From the NCBI RefSeq assembly GCF_001194135.2, contig NC_068988.1:68302053-68366052 (forward strand): a stretch of DNA of 64,000 nt. The letters run 5' to 3'. The DNA is from Octopus bimaculoides (lineage: Eukaryota). The translations under genes and the position numbers were made by a program. Below are positions 12,799-24,392 of the stretch, in pieces (the first letter of the stretch is position 1; each line of letters opens with the position of its first letter). Under the pieces are notes generated by a model. That model was not told the DNA's origin. It was given only the letters and a program-made list of their open reading frames with translations, and did not search any database.

Positions 12799-13769
12799 CT
12801 ACTATAAAGCTATATGAAAATCGTATCATCATACGTGAGTGGCATCAGACACTGAATAATTGTTATCCATTACCGCGTGTTCATGCTGTCTTCGGCTTAT
12901 TACGATCAGTGAGTCCTAAGTTCATTTTGGAATCGATTTACTATCGAGTTTTCAGCCTTTAATTTCCGCCTATCTATAAGCAATGACAGTCAGTTGGGGT
13001 TGTGTTCGAAATTGTTCTTCCTCTAGCTAAAGTGTTTCACGTGCTCCAAAATCATGCCAGCTGGTATTTTATACGGTCGGTACAGCTGCGAGAGCAAGTG
13101 TTTTCTGCTCTAGACATACTTTAACAAAGCTAAGAGCTGCCTAGCTCTCCGTTGTTCTATAATACATATGATACTAAGTCGAATTTCTGTGTCTCTTCTC
13201 TATTGCTAGGTAGTGTTTGAGCTGACGCTGCGTCCGTTCGTCTATTTCATAGGTATTTACTATTTTACATGCTTGGTTTCTAAGAATTCTCCTCATCAAA
13301 CGCGCGTACTGAAGGAACCAGTTTAGTGAGCTATGAGCCAACGATGCAAGTTGACTCAGACAGCGTGTCACAATTGCGTGTCACAATTGCGTGTCATGAT
13401 ATATTTCACCATGACGTGAGGGTTGGACACACGTCAGTTTCAATTTTTCCAATTTCTTCTCAATTTTTTTTTTTTTCAATGTTTGTTCTACCTTTCGTAA
13501 GAACTCTGAATATCAAAAACGTTAGAGAAATATCTTTCTTTTTCTGTCCTATTTACTGAGCTACAAATTAATACCGACTCTGTTTATTTTTTAATTATAT
13601 TTATCAGGTCTTTCCGTATCAGTTACAGCGCACAAGCGTTTGTACTTGCACGCTTATGTGTAGATGAACGACTATCTTTGCATGTATATACGTTTTGACC
13701 TAAGGTAGAAGTTATATAGTCAGCAATCGTTATGCAGATCAATGTGTTTTTTTTTTCAAACAGCCAGTA

Positions 13770-14825
13770 CGCGTGGGTACAAAGAAGAAACCGAAATTTT
13801 GCAATATTATTTTATTCACTTAACTTTACATGTTTACACTTTTATCGCCTTCAAAGTATTCTCCATCTGAGAGTCAGTCCATGTGCGTTTTCCACTATCC
13901 GTTGTTTTATTTCATTTCTTCCACATCTGAAAATTCCGTTGCCTCAGCTTTCATCACCAGCGACGACCTTCGAAAAAGGGTGCGGGTCAACTTCCAGCCG
14001 TTCTTTCAGTTCATGACATGCATTCAGTCGTATCTGCTTTTGATCTTCAGTGAACAATCGAGGCATAAATCTAGCTGCAACTCTTTTCATTCACAATTAC
14101 TCGCTCAAAAGTCGTTGGCATAAGCCCCAGGACACGCCAGTCATATAAACACGTTCGTCAATATTGTTCAGTAACGCGGCGAGCTGGCAGAAATTCTTCT
14201 TAGCGGTATTTCGTCTGCCTTTACATTTTGAGTTCAAATTTCGCCGAGGTCGGCTTTGCCTTTCATCCTTTCGGTGTCGATAAATTAAGTACCAGTTGTG
14301 TAATGGAGTCGATCTAATCGACTGGTCTCCTCCGCCGAAATGTCGGGCCTTGTGCCTAGAGCAGAAAAGAATATTGTTCAGTGACGGTCTTCCAAGATCA
14401 GTTGATAAAATTTCCATAATGCTTTCATTCGTTCGGGAAGTCGACGGTTATCCTGAACGAGGTTGGTCGTAAAGTGACCATTCCTAAAGCATGGAAACCA
14501 CTCGTAAAAGTGTGTTTTGCTCATGGCAGCGGCCTTGTAAGCTGTTTGAAGCATGACAACTGTGTCGGCCGCTGTTTTCCCCAGCAGAAAACAGTTTCAC
14601 GGAAGCACGCTGTTCCTTCCTTTCGGGCACCGCAAAAATCAACAAATAATGGAGAATCACTGCAATACAAAGACGCACAACTTGCCTGTACGACTCCAGC
14701 AGCTATCGCTGGTTGGCAGACCTATGTATGGGGGTCAAAATAGGTGGCTTCTAGTTTCGGAAACCTGTACAACAGAAGGTTTGTCCAACAGAAAACGTTT
14801 CCGTTTACTTTTAGGTACCCTCACG
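13770..14825 (-). mobile_element. Mariner (Tc1/mariner) DNA transposon, internally deleted and interrupted by a SINE
   Basis: TA-flanked imperfect TIRs: TA|cgcgtgggtacaaagaagaaaccgaaa at 13768 and the reverse complement of tttccgtttacttttaggtaccctcacg|TA at about 14798-14827. Minus-strand transposase pieces: KEQRASVK.FLLGKTAADTVVMLQTAY..MSKTHFYEWF..PRSG*PSTSRT, then MKRVAARFMPRLFTEDQKQIRLNACHELKE..VVAGDES, then the C-terminal SDGEYFEGDK. Most of the catalytic core is missing. Confidence 0.85.
14173..14369 (+). mobile_element. SINE family A, complete copy with 13-bp target-site duplication
   Basis: The head is ggcgagctggcagaa, the core is gagttcaaatttcgccgaggtcggctttgcctttcatcctttcgg and the tail is ggccttgtgcctagagcagaaaag. 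It is flanked by the direct repeat aatattgttcagt at 14160-14172 and 14370-14382. Confidence 0.85.
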
Positions 14826-15425
14826 TATTTCTGGAATTGTGAATATTGCCAAAATATACTACCGTACCGTAATGTTATCAAACTTCATATTCAAAAGCTT
14901 TCACGTCAGGATTCAAACTACGTAAGAGTGAAATGTGATTTTTGCTTCAGAATCCACTCGATCTCTGCTAAATACTAATGTTGTTATGATTGATAAAACA
15001 ATATATAGCTTTCTGCTTATATTTCAAATCAATAGTAATAAATTCCTTACAAAACTGGGTGAAGATTATATCCTTCAATTTATAATTGAAAAATAATCGA
15101 AAGCTTGCAAGCTGTACAGTCACGAATATATATGTAATGACAGCTGTTAGGATCTAAATAACACACTAGGTACAGATACGCGCATATTTTCATTTATATA
15201 CAAGCATACATGCATAAATACCTAAATACTTACAGACACACACATATAAACACACACTTACATGGTCAAGACGTCAGTAACTAGACTATCCGCTGTACGA
15301 TTTCATTTCGCAATATTGTGTGTGAAAAAGATACGTGTATGTATTAAAAACGTGGACTTGGGTGCATACTTGTGTATTTACACACACACACACACACGTA
15401 CATACATATTTATATATATATATAT

Positions 15426-15458
<33 letters not shown>

Positions 15459-16224
15459 NNNNNNNNNNNNNNNNNNNNNNNNNNNNNNNNNNNNNNNNNN
15501 NNNNNNNNNNNNNNNNNNNNNNNNNNNNNNNNNNNNNNNNNNNNNNNNNNNNNNNNNNNNNNNNNNNNNNNNNNNNNNNNNNNNNNNNNNNNNNNNNNNN
15601 NNNNNNNNNNNNNNNNNNNNNNNNNNNNNNNNNNNNNNNTATATATACATGTATATATATACATATAGTCACATGTACACACATAAATACAGACACATAC
15701 ATTCACGCTATCCCGAATAGGAATGCGATTTTACAACCTTCATAGTAATCGCCAACAAGAACTACCCTTGTCATTTTCACAAATATCTAATTTCAATGAA
15801 AGGGCTGAAATATTCTGTTCCTCATGATGTTTCTGTTTAAGAGTTACATTTGTGTTTGATAGATAATTTGTTCGGTGTACTGAAATATTTAATATTTTAA
15901 GATGATTTATTGCGTAAAAATGCTGCCAGAGAATACTGGAAAGAAATAAACTAATCGGTTTAACGACGGAGTTTTCAGTTACAATTGAAAGAAAATTATT
16001 AAGACTGTAAGTCTAAAACATTTTATATTCTTATTTCGCATTACTATGGTCATTTGCAGCAAAGTAATTCGGCGTATTTGAGTAAGAATTTTAGAACTAC
16101 ACAGCAGGAACATAGAAGGTGTTAACATCGTAAAGTCATATAAGCCATTCATCCATCCATATTTGTCTCGTATTTTAAGGTGAGCCGCCGACTAGCGAAG
16201 TCAATCACTGTACGATGACGGGAA

Positions 16225-16472
16225 TATAAGAGGAGCCAACCTCTCTTGTCAGTTCATTGCAGCGTCTGCCCTTCCGGTTTCTGGTCTCGCTCGGTGTCTT
16301 TATACCTATCTGTCTACAGCGTCGACAGTTGTATATACTTATCTTCTCCATGACAAAATACAGCGAGTGGGTTTCTTATTGAGTCGAATATTCCTCCGGC
16401 ACACTTGAGCTGGTCACAGGGAGAGGGGTTCACTTGTGATTCTTTTCTGAATTTCTGAGTACTGAGGTAAGA
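16225..16472 (+). promoter_or_regulatory. Candidate TATA/Inr core promoter and non-coding first exon
   Basis: TATAAGAG lies at 16225, with Inr-like TCAGTT (16249-16254) and TCATTG (A at 16256, 31 nt after the TATA). The region is locally CpG-rich, and a donor GAG|GTAAGA lies at 16466/16467. Motif evidence only. Confidence 0.3.
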
Positions 16473-18508
16473 ATACACTCAGCTAAACGATTAACCATCT
16501 TTCACATACTATCTTTCAAATACCCCCACATGTATATCAGTAACAGTTGAGCACTACAGACACAAGAAACATCAAATGAACAGTGAAAGTAAATTTCAAT
16601 GACCATGTAAATGAGTTCATCACAGTCGATTCCCAAATGAAGAGCTGGAATTTGTAGCTAATCATATATACGTCTTACAATGATGGGCTGTTTGGATTCG
16701 TATTTACTTTATACTGGAACATGAGGTAGATATGGGGAACTGAATCTAACGGTGGTAGCATTCCTCCCTCTTTAGCTATTTTTCATTACATATGTTACAA
16801 GCTGAACAGTTTCATATATGTTGGCTTTCTTTGGTTAATTTTTCCCGGAGCATGTAACTGTTCGTTATTTTTTGTTTGCTTTTAAAACTGCATTCCCTTA
16901 AAGCGCTTAGTAGTATATTTCTAAACTGAATTTAAACTCTTTCTGTTGCATGTAGCCCATTTTCATCACTATATTCTCATGCACTAGCTTGTTAAAGTGA
17001 GCTTACAACTAACTGCAGAATATTTCATTCAGAGTAGTGATAACCGGTAGCTGCATCTTCATCTCTACTCAACCATGCAAACACATATTATCTTCAACTA
17101 TCCTAAGCGTAAGGTCCTTTATAGGGGGATAGGTGAAGTAAGGAGCGCAAGAAAACAGCTTTTGTATAATAAGATTTTCGTCGAAAACCTAAGACCTCTA
17201 AACTCATTTACCAAGATTTGCTCATGAGCAAACTCAAGTATCCACTCTGGCCACAATTTAAACCATCCATTTCTCAGTGAGGACGTTCCTACAGATTTCC
17301 ATACTGTGACAGCACAGTAAGCCATGCAATTCACATTCAGTTTCTTGAGTAATCGTCAGCTAGGTTTAATAGCATTTAATAGTAACTGTCTCGTAAAATG
17401 TTTGAGCTATTTAGGCTTGAACGACTTAAACGTCATTGTCATAAGATGGTATTAACATTGTGCAGTTGGGTTGTACATAAATACCAAAAGGTTTTACTTT
17501 TTCCAGAAATGCTCCTGTAAAATGTGCTGAACAGCTGTCTAAAATATACCACTATCTTACCATTGTGCTTCAGGCTACTAGAGTAAAAGTCAGCACTTGC
17601 TTGTAGAACAAAATGATTTTTAATACAATCCAATCAGTTGTAATCTTATTTTTTGTTCTTGGCACGATGATTTGTGTGATTTGTATTTATTTAAAAGCTA
17701 TGGTACCTAAACATTCACCAATGACTATCCATTTGCACACTTGTGTTCTGACAGAATTAGAGCCGTAATGTGACATGACACATTTTAATGTTTTATAGTT
17801 GGTGATTCTACATCTTCAGTGGTCGGTGTTCTCCTTGACGTACATTTCTAAAAGCAATTCTTTCTTATTTGCATTGCTTCGGACCTGGACATGCTACGAC
17901 CAGCCATCTCTATAGCCATAGGCATTATCTAGGAGTAATTCTTGATGAATTTTCGACCTTATTCTTTATACATATCCTCAGAAAACTGAACACCTTCACT
18001 AATGCGCACCCTATACAACTTCATCGGAACTTCATAAAGTTATCAAGTTTTTACATCCATCGTTGTTTTCCTTATAACTGTATGTTTCTTTGAATTACAG
18101 TTAATCGCCCTCACACACACACACAAAGTAGAGTATTTCTTTAGTTTCTTTATCTCCAAACTGCGGGAGAGCCACTGCTATATGACACATTGATTTTATA
18201 CACATTGCTGCTAAGTTTTTTCTACACTGGAACTTACGTTTAATCAACAGTAAACAGTACCTACGGTTTATCTAACAAGAAACATTTTATCTATTTTTTG
18301 GGAACATACCTGAGGCTAAATATGGTTACAATAATAAAAAAAAAACAAAGAAATTGGAACGTCTCTCCGTATTTGTAAGTACTACTGATAATGTGTTCAA
18401 AATTCAGCTTCATTTAGCAACACCAAAAAGGAGTAAGAATTTGTTTCGACAACCCGGAAAATTAGTGTCGTATTATTGGTGAAACCAGATCACTGATGGT
18501 TATACATA

Positions 18509-19341
18509 CGTGGTCTGATCAATGAGTATCCGGACTGTTACCATAGCAACGAAGCTAAATCACGCAGAGTGAAGCTGTTTGGCACAGATTCATCAAAACC
18601 TCTGCTGTCATGCGCAGTAAGTATTAACATTCTCGATCACTTCCGCTGTTTACAGCAGTGCTTGGAAAGGTGTATAGTGTGTGATCGTCGAATTGACCAT
18701 GAGAGAGAAAGTTCAGCAGAAAATCTGCATCAAATTTTGCCACAATCTTGGCGATACCTGCTCCGAGGCCTACGTTAAGATTTCAAGGAGATTTCATCGT
18801 TCTCGATAAATCAAGGAGATCTTGTGCAACTGAAACCTGAATGTCTTTTTGGTCAGCTGAAAGCAGTTTTGGTACAAGTAGCCAGACACGCGTCTCATAC
18901 TCAAATCTTCATTGATAATGGACTGAACTGAACTGAACCGTAACTAATCTGCACATCCTCTGATAACTCACAGACGATTTCACTTCACAGCTGCACGCAC
19001 GTCTGCGATGTCTTCCGCAATTCTGCTGGTTGCGAGTCTCCGAGAACGTTCGTCAATATTGACATCTTTTAGGCCATCCTGAATCACTCGTACACCTCTC
19101 TGCGGCTCATACACGCCTCTCCATGCTCTGTCTGCAACTTCGCGTACGTCAACCTTCTCTGTCATGGTCAATGCGATGATCACATGCTACGCACATTCCT
19201 TCCAAGCACTGCTGTAAAATGTTGAGACATAGTGCACGAGCACAATAAAGTTCAAGGTCAATCTGTGCCAAGCGACTTTACTCTGCATGATTTAGCTTCA
19301 TTACTATGGCAACAGTCCTGATACTTATTGATAAGAGCTCG
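18509..19341. mobile_element. Rearranged mariner: two 5' halves fused tail-to-tail, bounded by TIRs and TA
   Basis: The 62-bp TIRs (18509-18570 and 19280-19341) match at 53/62 and have TA on both sides. The + half encodes TMREKVQQKICIKFCHNLGDTCSEAYVK up to about 18779. The - half encodes TMTEKV..DERSRRLATSRIAEDIADVRAAVK..VQISYGSVQSIINEDLSMRRVS..PKLLSADQK..DLLD. Confidence 0.85.
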
Positions 19342-19559
19342 TACATACCAAGAAACCGGCACACGCACGCTCACACACACACACACACAGACACACATTA
19401 ATACACATATAGATAATACACATACATATGAATAATCTTTTGGACACGGATCACGTACGGACGGAATGAAAAACTCAGCACCAAATGCAGAGACTACATG
19501 ACGTTCTTTTTAATTAATATAATTCAGATTGACTGAAATAATTGATACAGCGCCGTAGT

Positions 19560-20082
19560 AAATTCTCTGTGTATTTGTTACAGCTGGTTATGTCTAGATA
19601 GTTGCATATCTAGACATGCTCATAAATATTTAAATGATAAACTTCTGGAAAGTTTTAGAGATATTTATAGTTCCAGTCAAGGATTTGATCTGTAGTCTTC
19701 GAATTAGCTTTCTGCTGTCTGGTTTTGAGACGCCTAATTTCTCAAGATTGGTATTTAGGCAGAATGGTACATATCCCAGGGTCCCAATAATTACTGGTAT
19801 AAACCTGAACTTGTAATCTGGATAGAGTAACTGCAGATTTCTCAATAGTTTAGCATAGGTGTTATTTTTCTCACTGATCTCCAGCTTTACGTTAACATCC
19901 GCTGTCCAATTTCTCTTCTCTATCCTAAATCATTATATCAGGTCAGTTCTACTCAAATTTTATTGAGGTCTTCACTGGGACATTCCACCAGCATTGATCT
20001 TTATTATGAGTGGCTATGGCTGCTACCCTATTTTGGGTTTTTATTTCTTTGTCCTCGGGATTATCCTTCCGACGGATTTCAT
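19560..20082 (-). mobile_element. RLE-type LINE family 2, 5'-truncated copy with 3' UTR stem-loop
   Basis: The minus strand reads EIRRKDNPEDKEIK..CWWNVPVKTSIK..PDIMI..EKENTYAKLLRNLQLLYPDYKFRFIPVIIGTLGYV..KTFQKFII*. An 11-bp perfect stem lies at 19590-19600/19607-19617 in the 3' UTR. Confidence 0.8.
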
Positions 20083-20084
20083 TA

Positions 20085-20140
20085 TGTATGTATGTATGTA
20101 TGTATGTGTGTCTTTGTGTATGTATATGTGTATATACGGG

Positions 20141-20211
<71 letters not shown>

Positions 20212-20212
20212 A
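20085..20212. repeat. (TATG)n/(TA)n/(TG)n microsatellite
   Basis: Direct reading. Confidence 0.95.
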
Positions 20213-21571
20213 CACATTAATATAGTGCATAACCATTATATTAGCTATGTTCGCTATGTTTTATGATATTTCCATACTGTTTCCTTCATTTTGCGTTAAA
20301 CACACAACCTGTATAAGCATAGATAAGGTAATGTTTTGCCATATTCATATAAGTGGGAACGTTTATATAGATTCGTTTTTCGTCTTAATCGCTGTCTATA
20401 GTTCTGATATTAAATACGCATTCAAGATAATAATTTTGTATAATCCAATTCTCATTTTCTTCTATACGTTATTCTATCAAACTGTTGATATTGATAAGAC
20501 TTGAATTCAAATAATTACATTATCTCCATTTGTAAATTTACCTAAAGAAAGATCGATTTTGTGATAATATATAAATATAATATCAACTTCCTTAGAAATA
20601 TTAATTTAAGCATTACGCATAAAATTGTACTAATAAGCTTAGAATTAATGCATTTATTTTATTATTTCGTTTGTTCGTATTAGAATATGAAATAGTAAAT
20701 TACCATTCCTTTAAACGTTCGAAATATCTCCCATCATTATAATTGGAGGTATGATGCAACTGAAGCGCATCCAATTGTTTACCATATCCAGTTATACAAT
20801 AGATAACTAGTCCATTTGACATGTATAGTCTCCAAATACTATATCGAATTTATGAAAAATACTGCTCCCAATATATATTAGATACTTCCAGGAGTATAAA
20901 TGGTCCAGGCACATATATACAGACATAAAAAGACCAACTTACTCCCACACAAACACCCACACACATATTTCAACTTATGGTTACTTGCTAAAAGATAAAC
21001 AAACACACAAAAGAAAACAAAAACGAGCGCTAGGTCATGAATATGTGTGCGCGTTTTCGCTTGTTTCTTGATGTGCATACACTTGCTTCCGTGCAGGTGT
21101 GTGTAAGTATGGTTAGTGTGCTACTACTTGTTGCATTTGGTGGAAAGTCCCTATCTGCAACCTTTATTCGCTTTAATGTACGACAAGCAGAACTCAAATA
21201 GATTTTGAGTTAATAATCCCACTTCCAAATAGATTGATCACTTGCGTAATTAGGGAGATAAGAAAAATGATGTATTTGAAATTTTGTAATAACCTACCAA
21301 TTCTATTTAATAAGGTCTTCAATGGTGTTATCGTACAGTAGTTTCCTCGTTGACATAAATATTTACTGAAATATTGTAGGTTTCTGTGATTAATTCTACA
21401 ACGTGACTGAAAAACAGTTAATCAAATTGGATTCCAGAAAATTAGAGCTAACTATTAGAAGATGTATAGACATTAGACAATTTTAACATTAACGTACATC
21501 TAAAAAGGTTTTACAAGAATAATTCCTCTTGTGTGAAACATTTTCCTTGGAAATAAGCACATATATATGGA

Positions 21572-21642
<71 letters not shown>

Positions 21643-21659
21643 GTACATATATGTAGTGC

Positions 21660-21897
21660 TGAAAGTCCGTGACCTAGTGGTTAAAGTATTGCGCTAAATT
21701 ATGGGTTTGATTTCCGGTGAGTTTTGTTCTTGAGCAAAATACTCCATTTAACGTTGCTCCAGTTGCGTAACCCAACGATGGGGTGAATGTTGGCCTGTTC
21801 GCCTAGCCAGCTGGGTGGCATCATTCAAATGCTAAAACAATGTGAAGCGCATTGTGATCAGCGATGTATAATAACATTCAATAGTCTTGTCAATACC
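21660..21897 (+). mobile_element. tRNA-type SINE family D, degenerate
   Basis: An A-box-like gacctagtggttaaag (21671-21686) and a B-box-like gggtttgatttcc (about 21703-21715) are followed by a non-tRNA body. The copy sits next to a (GT)n tract. Confidence 0.55.
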
Positions 21898-24139
21898 GAT
21901 ATATGTATATACGATATATGGATATATAAATCTGTGGGATCACCATTGTAAAACATCATTATAAACAAGTAATTCAGGGTAAGCTGCTAATCTGGTTGAA
22001 TAGGTTTACGTGCTTAAATTCCTAAGAGGATATTATATAGAAATTGGCCACGCTATGGAAGTTCCTTAGCGGCTACAAGTAGCTTGCTTATTTATCAGCA
22101 GCTTCAACAAATTTCTAATACAAATGCACTTCTGAGTTTCTAGTTTGGCGTAGATATTTCTATACTAATCAGTTCCATTTTCCAATATTTCATCGTAGAA
22201 TATGTCTTCACCAAATTATGGCATCGCTCGTAATTAGAATATATTCAAACTGCTGAATTTCAAAGCCTGGGAACAATGATGGGTTGGAATATTAGAAGAT
22301 GCAAATATGTAATGGAATGCTGTCATATTCTATCTTGTTGAAATGCTTATGAATACATATATTCGGTTTTCTACATAAAGCACATGACAAAAACATTTTC
22401 TGTTAAGAGCATTAAATTTGTTCGAGTCAATAACGATGCCGCTTCAACAGAAATAATAACCTGAGAGAGATTACGATAATAGTTACATGATTTTTCTGTC
22501 ATTTTGTTAGCAAACATTTATTCTTTTCCAAAATAATCTTTATATAAACGTAGAAGCAACGCTCAGTCGCATACTCACATATACTTTGAGTGGAAAACAT
22601 GTGCACGTTCTATTTTAATCATTGCAAAGACATTTTTTAAACATGTGATATTTCTTGTGATCTGTTTGGAGTATAACAGTTTAAAAGCCTGCCATGAGCC
22701 TGGAGACTCATAAACCGAACATTATTCAGATGGGTTTTGGCTGACTGAACTAGACCCACATTGAAACCGATCTTATTCTACCACAGGGACACCTCCAAAA
22801 TATCACTGATCCTCATTTTCGGAAGATTATGTTTCAGTAATATGAAATGAATTACCATGCCGAAAGAAACGACAAGCACCTTACTCCGGGAAACAAACCG
22901 AAGAGATAACAACCGTGAGCCATACTTCCTAAACATTATACCACTCACCTTTATATTTCAAAGTGCAAAATCACTGAATCAGTCTTCAGCTTTTTTAGTA
23001 TTTATGCTTTAAAAGTCTAATTTGAGAATGAATTGATGCTGGTGAGCATTTCTCTCTCTATAACTTACTTACTTTCAATGTAATTAGTGTACAAATCAAC
23101 GTAGGCCTTTTTTGCAATCAAAGTTCAGAATTACAGTGGCAAAAACATGGATTACTTCGGGGTTCTTTGGAAGTGAATCCGAACTTAGAATGGGACTTGG
23201 CAACGGTACAAAAAGGTTGAATGAAAATATGAACATACAATACATACTACGCATGTGGGGACGTTACACTCTTCGTATACGACAAACAAGACACACCGAG
23301 AACATAAAGGGGGTCTTTAAGAATACCCATAGTAAAATTTGACATCCACAGTAGTTACTGGTACAGTGAATAGATTTCAAGGCAAATAGTTAGACAGAAT
23401 ATATGCAAAGCATCGTATTTTGGCAGCAAAAATAGAAAGAAATCCATGCACTAGGAGGCTGATAATGAATGATACGAAGTGTTGTTGGCGAAATCTTTAT
23501 TGAGGAGAAACTTGAGATTCTTTTCTATAACAGGTGCAAATAAAAGAGACCTCAAAATTAAGTCAAACATTATTTCAGCAACGAATATTCTAACAAGTAA
23601 TAAAATAATCCACATAACGGTACAAATAGAATGCAACGAATACATCAAGGACTATATAGAATTAGAAGTAAAAGCATAGCCAAGCGTAATGTGTTATGTG
23701 AATCTAACGCACTATATCAATAAACTCATGTGTACGAACACAAAATAGATAAATAAATAAAAAAACACGTGAAAAACATTACAATTATGTCATAGCAAAT
23801 TGCAAATATAAATTGGCCCAAACATGACCAGTACGATTTCAAATTTTATTTCCAGCACGTAAGATGAAACTTCACGATTCAGAATAATAAATTGTGCTTT
23901 ACAAGTCGTAACATAAATCCACTACATAAAATGACATAAAGCGAAACTAAATATGAAATCATTATTGAATGTCACATCTATACTCTAGGGAATTGCCCAT
24001 AAAATAACTGACTGAACTAAAACTCATAGTACGATTCAGTACTCAAATAGCACGCAAAGATACACTAGTCATAAAAAAAATCAAATTATCGTCCATAAAT
24101 CTAAGTGTAAAATTTCAAATTCACCTGTAAGACACGCGT

Positions 24140-24328
24140 ATGTATGTACGTATGTATGTATGTATGTATGTATGTATGTATATACACACACTAATACACA
24201 CATATGTATATACGTATATATATACAGACACATATATACATACATACACACACCCATACAGACATATTTTTTATTCTTTTAGTCGTTTTAGCCAGGTGGT
24301 TGTGGTTATGCTGGAGCACCACCGTATG

Positions 24329-24389
<61 letters not shown>
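24140..24389. repeat. (TATG)n, CA/TA-rich and (TA)n microsatellites around a SINE-B tail fragment
   Basis: Direct reading. Confidence 0.9.

Positions 24390-24392
<3 letters not shown>

Noticed and set aside
11747-12832. ORFs rich in YI/CV/HT/LS repeats here and throughout the window; poly-D/I/M ORFs at 39206-39574 and 50428-50839
   Set aside because: These are translations of microsatellites.
17119-17334. Possible RTE-LINE remnants (LRFSTKILLYKSCFLALL; also 41350-41430 and 55580-55690)
   Set aside because: Each is a short motif resemblance without a supporting neighbouring motif.
23200-23490. Possible Penelope GIY-YIG remnant (REHK..ILAAKIERNPCTRRLI)
   Set aside because: It is too decayed and needs several frameshifts to align.
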